Shown here one piece after another: positions 30,571 to 47,700 of a DNA stretch of 64,000 nucleotides. A program made the translations under genes and the position numbers. The notes beneath the pieces were generated by a model that made no database searches, had not been told where the DNA came from, and worked only from the letters and a program-made list of their open reading frames with translations. Origin of the DNA: Salpingoeca rosetta (Eukaryota; Protista; Choanoflagellata); the NCBI GenBank assembly GCA_033442325.1, contig JAWQFM010000022.1:248001-312000 (forward strand), in the 5' to 3' direction. Each line of letters opens with the position of its first letter. Position 1 is the first letter of the stretch.

Positions 30571-31779
30571 GCAGCCTCAAGACGAATCGACCGTACATCA
30601 ACAACTATTGCAAGAGGCGTCTGCCATCCTGTCACGAACTCCACGGGATGGCTCGACACAGCTCACCCTCTACCAGCAACCACCAGGTGTGTGTGTGTGT
30701 GTGTGTGTCTGTGTGTCTGTGTGTGTGTGTGTCTGTGTGTGTGTGTGTGTCTGTGTGTCTGTGTGTGTGTGTGTGTCTGTCTGTCTGTCTGTCTGTGTCT
30801 GTCTCTTTGTGTGTGTCTTTGTGTCTGTGCATGTGTGTCTGACTTCGTGCACATGCCTGTCCCTCTGTGTTTTGTTTCTTGTCTGCCCGTCTCTGCCTCG
30901 CTGTTTGCTTTGCCTCACACGCCTTCCCTCTCCTTTCGTCACAGCCTGGGGTGTGTGCTCCAGTTCCCCTGTGAGCATCGCAATCCAATCCTTTTGCACC
31001 TTCCACCAGGTACAGCCAACGTGCCTCCTTGTTGTGTGTGTGTGTGTGTGCTCGTTGTGCGCACGTGACTTGAACGTTGTCTTCATCCATCGCCATCACC
31101 ACCACCGCGGCAACCATCCCTCACGCTTTCTGCCTCCCCCCACCCATCAATATCCTCCAACGCAGATCCCGTTCCAAGTCGTCAACACAACCAACACCGC
31201 CATGTCCACACGAGGTGTGGTGCCCAAGCATGTGAATGCATCACGCTCCCATCGTTTTCTTTTTTCGCGTATGCCCGTTCTTCGCCTTATTCATATCTTC
31301 CTCTTGCTCCTCGCCTCCACCAATCAACCACGAACTTAAAACACCAACCACTCACCCCCAACCCCTCCACTCCCTTCCTTCCTCCGTGTCACCTGACACC
31401 GCCTGCTGCTGCAGACGTGCTGCCACTTCTTCGTGTCGGCGCGGACCGCGTGCTGGAGACACCAGAGGCCATCTTCCAGCACCTCAGCAAAGTGCGTACG
31501 TGCGTGTGTGTGTGGGGGGGGTACTGGAAAGAAGGGAGTGCTCTTTGTGTATGACATTACGCGCACACAATGTGGAGGCACTGTCATGCGCGCACACTTT
31601 CGCACATGCTCACATTCACATGCACATTCACCACCACCAACAGCTATCAGATGCAAATGACACTAACGGCAGCAGCGGTGGCGATGAAACGAGTGCGGAC
31701 GTGAGCGCATATCTCGCCCTCGTCCTGCCGCTCTTCAACATCGCGGTAAGGACACACACGCACGTACACGCACACACAT

Positions 31780-31874
<95 letters not shown>

Positions 31875-32736
31875 CACACACTCTCGCACACACGCACGCA
31901 CATGCACACTGGTTCATGCAGCGCTCACGATGTGCGCTTGTGCCGTGTGGCAACTGCGTTGCTGCTCCACAGGAAACACTGGTGTGGGAGGAGGCCGGCA
32001 ACCGGGTGGCTGTTGGGCAGGATGAGCTGTGCACATATCCGTGGCCGCTGCAGGTGCTGCTGGCGTGGCGCAGAAGAGTCGCCGCACGCACCGCCGCACA
32101 CACGCGCAGGCAATTCCAGCCCGCTGACGTCAGTAGTGTTACGAGAGAGAGAGTGTGTGTGTGTGTGTGGGTGGGTGCGTGTGTGTGTGTGTGTGTGTGT
32201 GGGTGTGTGGGTGTGGGTGCGTGTTGCATGCGTGCAGTTGCTTCCACGGTCTTGACACACGAACCGCTGCCCATCGCTGTTCAGGTTGAGCAGGAGATTG
32301 ACGACATCTTCTGCGCTGTGAGCGCAAAGCTCGCCACATGCGCCCCGCACATCGTCGCAAACAGGTGGCGTGCCCAAGCTACTGTCGTTCGCTGGTAATG
32401 CTGGTGGTGCTGGTGCCGGTGATGGTGCTGGTGCTGGTATTGGGAGTGGTGACAAGATGCTGGTGCTGGTGCTGGTGGTATTGGGGGTGGTGGTGGTGAA
32501 GAGATGTGCGTAATGTTATGTAACACCAACGCTGACCGCATTCCCATCTCACACCACGTCCCCACGCGCGCCTGCTTGGACACACCAACAGGTTTACGTT
32601 TGTGGATGCGGTTGTGTATGGGGTGCTGGCGTGGGCGCTGCACGCACCGCTGGCCGTCAACCCGTTCAAGTCGCGACTTGAGCGCTTCCCGGTCCTCCTC
32701 TCCTTCTACCACGAACTCCAACGCATCCTCGATTGA
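29815..32736 (+). CDS. EF-hand pair + polyQ linker + metaxin (MTX2/Sam35-like GST-fold) fusion, about 411 aa, 9 exons
   Basis: Exons 29815-29979, 30290-30686, 30945-31009, 31166-31214, 31415-31491, 31644-31745, 31973-32128, 32285-32364 and 32592-32736 are all GT-AG and phase-consistent. EF loops are DLDGNGSLSHTE and DTNHDGMIEEQE. Metaxin motifs: 'TLYQQPP-AWG..SPVSIAIQSF', 'AMSTRDVLPLLRVG', 'YPWPLQVLLAW', 'AVSAKL', 'TFVDAVVYGVL'. Confidence 0.82.
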
Positions 32737-32993
32737 ACGGGGGAGCGACGTGTGTGTGTGGGGGGGGGGTGTCTGTGTGTGTCTGTCTATGTCTGTGTGT
32801 GTATCTGTGTGTGTCTGCGTGTGTGTGTCCGTCCATCTGTCCGCCTGTCTGTCATTTTGTTCTTTAATGTGGCTGCATGCTGCTTGTGATGTTCACTTGA
32901 CAAGCCAATACACAACTTCGCCATCGTTTATTGCAAAGAACTACAGCACCACCAGTTGGTTACACCTCCACCACCACCACCACCACTGACTCA

Positions 32994-35900
32994 TCAGCAG
33001 TACAGCTGCACCAGCCACTGGTTTGCGGCCTCCAGGGCCCCTGTCAGCGCTTGCTGCGCACACGCCAACACCTCCACCCCGCCCTGCCACGGATCAGGAT
33101 CATGCGGTGCAAGGTCGCTTCCCAGCTGCCGTTCCTGCTGCTGGTTGTGGTTGTGGCAGCGTGGTTGTTGCACTGGCTCTGATGTCTGAGATGATGTTGG
33201 CGCAGGAGTGGTGGTGGCCGTTGTGGTGGTCGCCCTGCCCGTTGTTGCTGCTGCTGCTGTTGCTGCTGCTGCTGTTGTTGTGGTGGTGGTGGTGGTGGGG
33301 GTAATGACACCTGGCTGACGGCGTGACGATTGCGATGGAGGAGCTTTGATCCACTTGACCATGTCCTCCAGAAAGGAGATGAATGCCGTGCCCCACACCT
33401 CGTCTGTGTCGCTGTCGAGCGTTGAGGCAACCTGAACAGCGCACACCAATCACGACACCAGCGGGCAACATCAGCATGCAGCCATCATGACATGAGTGCA
33501 TCTTCACACACGCACACGTGCCCGCTCACACACACACACGCACACACGCACACGTGCCCGCTCACACACTCACACACACACACGCACACACACACACGCA
33601 CACACACACACACGCACACACACACACACATGTACCTGGGCTGCGAGCAGGGAGAACCAGAGCAAGAGGTCTGGCTGCGCCGGTGCTACAACAGCCTTGA
33701 GATGTATCGCCAGCGCAGCCATGTCCCGCGATGATGCAGGTGATGTGAACGGAAGGAACGCGCGCACACAGCACGCCTTCCACGCTGCGCGCCACCAACA
33801 CACGTCCACGCTCCCACCGTCATCAGCTGCTGCTGTTGCTGTTGCACATTTGCCTCCCCCACCACGAACACCACCATCACCACCACCACCACGAACACCA
33901 CCATCACCACGATCACCACGACCTCCTCCCTCAGTGGCATCCCCCGCGACCAGCCCGGCCATCACGGCGACAACGGCGCCAAAATCCGCCGCTGCTGCGA
34001 TGCGATCCAGAGTCTGCAGCACTGTAGTCGAACCGTCTTCATGTACGTGCTGGCACTGCTCTGCTGCTGCTGCTGCTGCTGCTGCTGTGGTTTCTCCTCT
34101 CTCTGCTGTCTCTTCTGCTGTGCAGGCTGCTGTGCCTTCGGCTGTTTCTCGTGTGCTTCGTGCTGCCAAAGTCGCCTCAGTCGCCACACAGCCAGATGCA
34201 CGGAGCACAGCTGCGAACAACACCGCATACGCGTTGTGTGCCCCCTTGTGCTGTTGACGCTGCGTGTGTATGTGCAGCAACGCTGCAATTGCCCGCACCT
34301 CCACCTCCACCTCCACACACGCCATCGCCACCACGCGCTGTCCACCAAGCATCCTCAACTCCTGCGCAACCGCCTGCAGCCCACCATGCACATGCACCTG
34401 CTGCTGCTGCTGCTGCTGCTGCTGCATAAACGGGATGCGTGCCACCATATGGTGTCGCGGACGGCTGTAGATGAGATGGGCGGATGGCGGGCAGGCGGAG
34501 AGACGCGCAGTAGCAGATGGCTGTGATGACCGTGCCAGAAACGATGATGATGATGATGATGATGATGATGGTCGTGGCACTGGTGATGAGGACGGTGGCT
34601 GCGCCGGCCCAGACTGCTGTGTGGTGCACGTGGTGGCGTGCAGGGATGTGAGGAGAATGGAGATTCCCACGCGAGTGATGACGCTGAGATGTGACGACGC
34701 CACCAGCTGCAGCAACGTGTCATGCACGCGAAGAAGCAGCGCCGTCGATTGCCCACACGCGCGCACCATCAGCATCCGTTGCGCCCGGGTGTGCATGGAT
34801 GCGAACACTGGCAGCGCCAGCGCCGTACAGCTGCCCCTGCTTGACGCTGTGCCATGTGCATGTGCTGGCGCCTGTGATGCCAGGTCGGGCGCGTGTGCAG
34901 ATGCGCGTGTGCGCTGCGGCTCGCGGAGGGCTCGCTGCGCCGTGCCCCCTTTGTGCGGCTGGACTATGGTGCGCAGCGTGTGGAAGAGAGCGTCTGCCAA
35001 GAGGGCGTCGCTGGACAGCCAGAGCGATGCGGCCGCGGGTGCCGGTATTGTGGCAAGATCAACCCCACACTGCATCTGCAGGGCCTGACCAAATGCCAGG
35101 GGAAGGCCATGGCGTGCACACCCTTGGTGGCGTGGGTCGTGTTGGTCGTGTTGGTGGTGGTCCCGTCGATGATCGCGCTGTTGCTCCTGACGCTCCTGAC
35201 GCTCCTGACGATGGTGATGCTGGCGATGGTGATGGTAAGGAGAGGCATCATCGGCGCTGATTGCCTGATGACCTGCCAAGGTGGAGTGGCGGGACTGTGC
35301 CTTGAGTTGAGCGAGGACAGAAGATATGCTGCGGCTGTGGCTGGTGAAACCGCTCAAGCCAGTGCTTGTTGCTGTTGTTGCTGCTGCTGCTGCTGATGAT
35401 GCTGCTACGTCATAGCGAGGCTGACGGTGGTGACGGCCGCTTGTGCGTGGCCGCTTGGCTGGAGGGGCACCACCTTCCTCGCTGTTCCAGGTCTTGCACG
35501 AGCAAAGCGGAGCACGTGCAAGGACAGCTGCAACGGCAATGGCTAGGGCGCGCGTGTGTCGTGGGTGCTGGTGCCTCATCTCCGGGGTGATTGGATCCAC
35601 AATGGAGGCCACATGCTCCCAAACACACTGGGCACCAGGTATCCTCATCATGCTGCTGCCGCTGCCGCTGTTGTCGATGCTGAGAGACGTGGGCCACATC
35701 ACACTCCCTGCCACATCGTTGTTGAAAAGCCCCACGGCACGCTGCCTTTCCTGCTGATATCGCTGCTGTTGTTGGTGCAGGAGGGTTTTGAGGACACGCA
35801 GCCTGTCTGCTGCCAGCTGGACGTTCTCTGGCATGCGAGTTGGCGGCTTTGGGCTTCGCAGGGTGGATTGTGGCCCCGCATCGCCACTGACAGCAGCAAC

Positions 35901-36410
35901 CACGGTCTGGTGCAGAGCGATTCCACTCGGTTGTCCATTGGCGGATCTTCTTGCTGCAGCTGTGGTTGCAGTTGTGGCTGTGGTTGCAGTTGTGGCTGTG
36001 GTTGCAGTTGTGGCTGTTGGCGTGCTCAGGAGCAAGTGGGGTGGACACGATGCTGGTGCGTGCTGAAGCAGGTGCAAGCACCACTCGTGGGCAGCAGCAT
36101 GCTCATCGTCCAGCGTTTTTGGGATGGCGTGCAGGCTGCCAAAGGCGACAACGCACTTGAAGACGAGCGGCAGCAGCTGCCGTGACCTGGCTACCACAGT
36201 GCTGCCCATCAGCACCTCCAAAAACGCGCCAAAGGATGGCAGCAGCCTCAGGGTGTGCAGGGGCCCGCTGCTTGCCTGAATCACATGATACACCTCCTCC
36301 AGCAACAGCTTTAGCCGACGCGCGTGCTGCACAACTGCCACTTCCACGTCCCCATCCACACTTGCCCACGCGGCCACCGCATCCCGCAGCCCAGCAACAT
36401 CCTCCTCCAT
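32994..36410 (-). CDS. Large helical protein with FANCC-like blocks (exons 36410-33636, 33431-32994)
   Basis: A 925-codon first exon joins a 3' exon through a phase-0 GT-AG intron. Segments 'AWASVDG...[18 protein letters not shown]...LPSFGAFL...LVFKCVV', '[13 protein letters not shown]' and '[18 protein letters not shown]' follow the residue pattern of human FANCC as recalled. Low-complexity inserts separate these blocks. Confidence 0.6.
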
Positions 36411-36780
36411 CCTTCCATCTGCACTGCAGCGAGAGCGCGCGAGCGCAAGTCGTCGTCGTCGTTTGTGGTTGTTGCCTTCCCTTCATCAATGCTGCGACTG
36501 AATTCAGTCGCCAGCATAACCCCATACACGCGTGCTGCGCCAACGTTGTTTTGTTGGTTGGTTGGATGGGAACGAATGGGCGCGCAACTGCTGTGCTTCC
36601 CATTGTCTTGGTTGTGGTCTGGTGAGACTGTTCTTGTAGCTTTCGCTTTGCAGCCTGCTCCCTGTGCGGCCTCCTCCCTTGTGGTCGCTTCACCATTGCT
36701 TCCTCTTCTTCTTGATCTCCCCGTGCTCTCCTGGCCATCTGTCTGGTGGCCGTCGTTCCTCACCCATCATCATCATCATC

Positions 36781-41099
<4,319 letters not shown>

Positions 41100-41165
41100 A
41101 ATCTCGTGATGGATGTGGAAGAGTTGTGGATGCAGTAGCAAATTTTCGGCTCACCGCGGAACAAG

Positions 41166-41990
41166 ATGACCACCAGCAGCAGTGTGGATGCGCTGGTATC
41201 GCCTGCGTTGGTGGTGAATGCCAGCATCGCTCGCCGCAATGCAGAGCGCATGCTGGAACGCGCAGCCGCCTTGGGCGTTTGCGTACGCCCACATGTGAAA
41301 ACGCACAAGACAATCGAAGGTTGTACGCAGCTGCTGTTGTGCCTATCCTCATGCATTAAACTACAATCATAATGGACCCAAAGTTGGATGTAACAAACAT
41401 CTCGTGTGTGTTTGGTTGTTTGTTCGTGTGTGTGTGTGTTCGTGTGTATGTGTGTGCGCGTTTATTGGTGCGTCTGTCCGTGTGCTAACAAAGATAAGTC
41501 ACGTCTTTCTGTGACGTGACGTTATTACCTCTCACAGACGTACGCTTGTTGGGTCGTGGCAACAGGCACGCTGCTGCAGACGGGCGGACGACGATCCCGC
41601 ATTGTGGTGTCCACCCTGACGGAGCTCAGGTACTTCCTGGAGCACAAATTCAGCGATGTGTTGTACGCAGTGCCGCTCGGCGTCGACAAGATCCAGCCCA
41701 TCGTCTCGCTACATCTCAACGAGAGCAACGACTTCCAGGTGTGTGGGCTGAGGACCAAAGATGGAAGAGGAGGTACAAGCAGCCGCTGTTGCTCCTCTGC
41801 TCGCCTGAGCAACGATCTGCTCCATTGATACATTGGTGCATTCCTTCCCTTGCGCCCTCCCTTCCCACCAGGTGCTAGTTGACTCGCCAGAGCTATTGGA
41901 GAAGCTGCACACTGCACTTCGCACCTCCGAATCACGATGCCCTCTACCCGTGTGGATCAAGATTGACTGCGGGTACGTCCATCTGTATGT

Positions 41991-42063
<73 letters not shown>

Positions 42064-42899
42064 TGTGTGTGTGTGCGTACATGTGCCTGCGTACGTGTGT
42101 TTGCTTTCCAGTTGATTTGACTCGCTTGTCTGCGTGTGGACCCATTTGTAATACGCGTTAAGTTGCTGTGCGTGTCGCTGTGTACGCCCACCCCCAAACT
42201 GACACCTCATTCGTTCTTTGGTTCCATTGCCATCATTCAACATAAGGTATCATCGTGCCGGCGTGCAGGATCCAGAGGATGTGTTGGCATTGGCCCAATC
42301 TATCAAAGAGCCGCTGACTACGCTTCGAGGTGAGAACGGAATGTGGTGCATGCTGAACGCATGTGCTTTCCTGTTTGACGCTGTGCCCAAAGTGCACCTT
42401 GCTGCTGACACCTACCTCGCTCGCTTTTGCCGTGCTTGCAGGCGTGTACACGCATGCGGGTATGTCCTACGGCTGCCGCCATCCAGACCAGATCCAAGAA
42501 TTGGCAGCAACAGAGCGGGACGCTGTCGTCGCTGCAGCAACACTGTGTGTGTGTCTGTGTGTATGTGTGTCTGTCTGTGTGTGTATGTGTGTCTGTCTGT
42601 GTGTCTGTGTGTGTGTGTGTGTGTGATTTTCCGAGCTTCGCGTCGAGCCTGTAGCACCACTAGCCCACGCCTCACATTCATACGCGTGCTCCTCAACCCA
42701 ACAGGCTTCGAGACAACGGCATCGCTGTGCCCGACGTGGGTGTTGGGTCCACACCAACATGTAGCCACCCGCCTACATCAGGGCTTGAAGGCGTCACTGA
42801 AATGCACCCAGGCAACTACCTCTTTTATGGTGCGAATCACAATCTCGTCACGTGATGTCCGAACTCGTCCCTCTTGGCTGGATGACCTGTTTCTTACAC

Positions 42900-42973
<74 letters not shown>

Positions 42974-44081
42974 GCAACGTTTCGACGTTGCTGTAACAGA
43001 CGAGATGCAGGCGCAGATTTCCTCGTGCTCAAGGTTGGGCTGGTGCAAACAGTGCTGCTGAACATGGCCCGAAAATACCCGCCAATGCCACTGTTGCTGG
43101 CCGTGCAACACTAACTCCAGCCACCCTTGTCCCGCGGTGCTGCATTTGTAAATTTGTGTTGTTCGTTCACCAGAGAGGACATTGCCGCTTTCGTCATAAC
43201 GCGGGTGATTGGCGTGTATCCAAAACGAAACCAAATCTTGATTGGTACGCCTGGCGCGTTGCTCTCCGTGGCTACCTGCGTATAAACCTTGTTTGTCTTG
43301 TGTTTGTGCCTCTGTGTGTGTGTGTGTCTGTCTGTCTGTCTGTCTGTATGTATGTATGTGTGCCTTGTTTGCCTGTGTGTCTATACTTGCACCTGCACAT
43401 GCACCTGCACGTGTGTCTCTCTCTGTCTCTCTGTCAGCTCAGTGGAGATTGATGACCGGCAACCGTGGGATGTGTGTCCATTTCGCTGTCTTCGCGTTTT
43501 GTTTTGTGTGCCCATCACAGACGCGGGATGGACAGCCACGTCTTCCCAGGGAGCAGGTGAGATGCAGAGAAACTCGAAAGAGAGGTGTTGGGGTTGAGAG
43601 GTGGCTTTGGTGCCACACCCGCTGTCTTTCCAGGACTCCGCAGCTCCTAACTGCTGTAATGTGGTGCCGTATTGCTCCTTTTGCATCCCCAGATGACAAC
43701 TTTGGCGGATTCATCGATCACCCAAACCTGAAGTCGGTTCACTTGTGTGTCTGTGTCTGCATATGTGTGCGTGTCTGTATGTCTATCTGTCCGTATTTCT
43801 ATCTCTGTGTGTGTGTGTGTGTACATCCATCCGTCTGTCTGTCTGCCTGCCTGCTTGTCGTTGCTCGCTGCCTTCATTTTCATTTACGATATCCAATACC
43901 AATACAATCTCGTTGCTGCTTCCTTGCTCGCGTGTGTTAGGTTTGTGTCCATGTCGCAGGAGACGAGTGTGCTGACGTCTAATGATGGCAGCCCTCTTCC
44001 TTTCGAAAACCTCAAGCTCGGCACCATCCTTCGAATCAGACCATACCATGTATGCGTGTATATGTGTGTGTTCGTGCGTGT

Positions 44082-44146
<65 letters not shown>

Positions 44147-44336
44147 AGTTGGCGTATCTGCTTCTGCACCAGCGTTCATGTTTTGCATTATCTCCATGAG
44201 TTGCTGTGTCTCCTCTCACGGCATGTTTTATATGTGTGTATGTGATAAGGCGTGCGCAACGTGCGCTATGCACACGACGCTGCATATCATGGAAGATGGC
44301 AAGATCACGACTGTGTGGAAGAACGAGTGCCGCTGA
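41166..44336 (+). CDS. DSD1: D-serine dehydratase / D-threonine aldolase family PLP enzyme (fold type III), about 12 exons
   Basis: 'SPAL', 'RPHVKTHK' (PLP lysine), 'VSTLTE', 'IKIDCG|YHRAGV', 'YTHAG.SY', 'VGSTPT', '[10 protein letters not shown]|D', 'DAG' and Zn-ligand 'PYH|AC'. Confidence 0.88.
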
Positions 44337-44382
44337 TGCCTCTGCCGCGTGGCAAATAAGTGGATGACATTGTCTGCTTGTG

Positions 44383-44413
<31 letters not shown>

Positions 44414-44587
44414 GATGTCTCCTCTTAAGTCTGCGGGCCCTTGCACCAGCTGTTAAGTTGTGGCGTTCGGCTTGTGCAGTTTGTGGCTGTTGATGGAGAT
44501 GTTTATTAAACCCTAAATGTACTACTTGGTCACGTGCACTCAAAGAGTGAGACGGCAAAGCAAGATAGCATGCCGTCCGGTGCACAG

Positions 44588-44697
<110 letters not shown>

Positions 44698-44781
44698 GCC
44701 GGAGCACTCTCTTGCGTGGCGTGCCGTGCCGTGTTGCGTTGACAAACCACAAGCCACAACGAAGAGGTCTTGACAATGCCT

Positions 44782-47700
44782 TCAAGTCATGTTGTCCTGT
44801 GCCTCGGTGAGGTGCATCTCCAGCTCGGTAAACGTGGGGCGGGCCTGCGGCTGCTGGCGCATGCAGCGCTCTGCCAATTCGGCATACCACTGCACACACG
44901 TCTCTGGTTGGTGTGCAAACATGAGCAAAGGATGTGAGGGCGAAAACAAGGTGGTGAGGGAGGAAGCAACAGCGTGAGGAACAAGCAGTCATCGCGCTCA
45001 AGCGAAAGCAAGAGACAACCCCCTTACGCCCCGCAGCTCACACAGCCCACATGAACAACCAAAACGAACAATAACGCAACTCACAGTAACATACACCCAT
45101 GACGCAACTCACAGCAACGGCAACAGCGACACCGACAAGAAACCCCCTCCTCCCCCCCCCCCCCACACACACACACGACCAACCACGCGACACACTTGGG
45201 AATCGAAGGCGTTTCCCCTCCTTGAGAAGTTTCTCGAGGGTGAGCAGGAGCGGGCCGTTGAAGTTTCCGCCTTTCTCTTGCGAAATGAGGTCGGGCACAG
45301 CCTCAGCCGCAATCTCCCACAGCAGCACGCCGAAGCTGAACACGTCTGCCTTGGAGTTGTACATGGTCCCGTCAAGCGCCTCGGGCGCCATATACAGCGG
45401 GGTGCCCACGCCAGCCGTCATCGTCATGTGCAGGGTCATCAGGCCAACCTGACACGAGTACTTGACGTCCTGCTCAACACCACCGTTTGCATCTGGGGCG
45501 CTGTCCACACGTGCACCGGCCATGTGCTCTGGGCCCTCCATGCTCGTCACCATCGTTGCAGACGCGCCAGTTCCCCTGCGGGTGCTGCCGTGTGTGGCCC
45601 CGACGGGGCTCATCAGGCACTGGCGAATGGATCCAAAGTCCGTAATCTTTGCCCGCAGCGTGGCCGACACTAGCACATTGCCGCTCTTCAGATCCCTGTT
45701 GGTGTGACGCAGCGAACAAGGAAAGAAAGCGCGGGGAAGGAAAGCCGGGGAAGGAAAGAAAAAAACACACGCATGACAAGAGAAGAGTGTGTGTAAGCAA
45801 ATTGACATGGCATCACACAACCACATGCTTGCACACAGAAAACACCACATACACACACATACACACACACATAAAACACCACACACTCAGAAAATACCAC
45901 ACACTCAGAAAATACCACACACATACACCAAAAAAAAAAAACACACACGAAATCACAATACATCACACACACACAACACACACACACACACGCAACACAA
46001 ACCTGTGAATGTGGCCGAGGCTGTGGATGAACGCCATGCCGCAGGCAATATCGCGCGCAAGCCGAACTTTCAGGTCCCACACGGTCTTCGGCCACGACTG
46101 CAGTGTGGACGCAGCAAGGGCGCCACCACTCGTCTGCAGATCATCGTGCTGCTGTTGTTGCTGCTGCTGGTACTGCTCAGCGAGAATGGCCTCCAAATCC
46201 TTCTCCAGCAGCGACTTGAGGGCGCCAAGCGCAACGTGTTCCAAGACAAGAAAGGGGCTGTTCGTGTTGGGGTCTGTGCCCGCGCCAAAGAACCGCACCA
46301 CGTGTGGGTGCCGTGTCCGCTGCAGGAACTCCACCTCCTTCTCAAACTCAAGCACCGTGCTCTCGTCAAACATCATCAGGCTCTGCTTCAACACCTTCAC
46401 CGCCACCATTACCGTGTCCCAGCTCGCAAGCCAGACCTCGCCAAAGGCGCCCTCGGAGCCCGCGTCAATGCGCCGCACAAACGCCAGCTCCTCGTGCCCA
46501 ATCTCCCACGCCTTCTTCAGCGCCATCACTTCCTCGTCCCTCTCCTCAATCAACCGCTTCTGCAGCTCATTCTCAGACTCCAGCCCAAGCCGGTACAGCT
46601 TGCTGCGCGTGTAGGTGCGGTAGAGGGCAAGCAGCCCAAAGGCCACCGTGACGCCTGCCAGCATGGTGCCCACGGCAATGCCGGCCACTTGCGCAGACGT
46701 CAGCGTGTCCGGCACACACACGCCGCCCGAGAGGCGGAAGCGCGACTGGCACTCGCACTCGTACGCGTAGGCCAGCAGCGTCACGGCGTCCTGGTTGCCG
46801 GTGCGCGGGCGAGCGCGGACGGTGGTGAGGAACGGCTGGCAGGCGATGGCGGCGGTTGGGATGTTGAACACGGGGATGGTGGGGCGGCTGGGAACCACCT
46901 CCAGCGAGGCCTCCTGGGCGAAGGAGCGGGAGCTGATGATGGTTGGCTCCGACACCACCGCGTTGATGAGCTGCGGGTCGTTCAGACTCGGGTTGTCGGA
47001 GAGGTCGAGGGCAAGCACCGTTGCGAGACACACGCGCACGAGGCGCTGTAGGTTTCCCGGGTGGGAGAAGCTTTCGTTGAGCATGCGGCGCGCAAACAGC
47101 AAGGTTGCACCCCACGTCACGCAGAACGCGTTGGAGTAGGGCAGGTTGGTCTCGGTGACGTCCATCACGTGAACGCGCGCAACGCGAAGCGAGTGCAGCT
47201 GCTTGCAGCCAGCAACCACGATGCTGCTGATGCTGCCGGGCACGGTGATCTGCTTCAGCATGGGGTTGTGCGGGAGCAGCAGCGACTCAATGCTGATGTC
47301 ACGGCACAGCGTGAGCTCCGTGTACCCCGTCTCTGTGAGCAGCACCTCGTCCGCATCTTGCGTGAGCAGGCTGCACAGCAGGTCTGATGACGCGTACGTC
47401 TCGTCCATGCCCGGCCAGCCAAGGTCAAAGTTGCGCAGGCGCACGCCAATGTCGAAGAGCGTGTGCAGGAAGCGCGGCGGGAGGGCGAGGTGGCGTGCCT
47501 GCAGTGTGGTGAGCCCGGACGCTGCCGTCCACGTGTGCAGCTTATCCGGGTCAACCAGCAGGCGGCCGGGGCGCTGGCGATGCGCAGAGACGGCGAGCAC
47601 CGTCAGATGCGTGAGGGCGAGCATGGGGGTGAGGTCCACCTCGCCAATGAGGTGGTTGTTGAACTGCAAGGTGTGCAGCCGGGGCAGCTTGGTCACGTCT

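Noticed and set aside
32931-33189. Plus-strand ORF ending in a hydrophobic stretch, a possible TM tail for the metaxin overlapping the FANCC-like gene
   Set aside because: The metaxin frame already stops at TGA 32734-32736, and the hydrophobic run is the antisense of a His/Asn/Gln tract.
44782-46460. Calling the receptor a tyrosine kinase
   Set aside because: The catalytic loop HRDLKSGN and GTPLYMAPE are not of the HRDLAARN / P.RW type.
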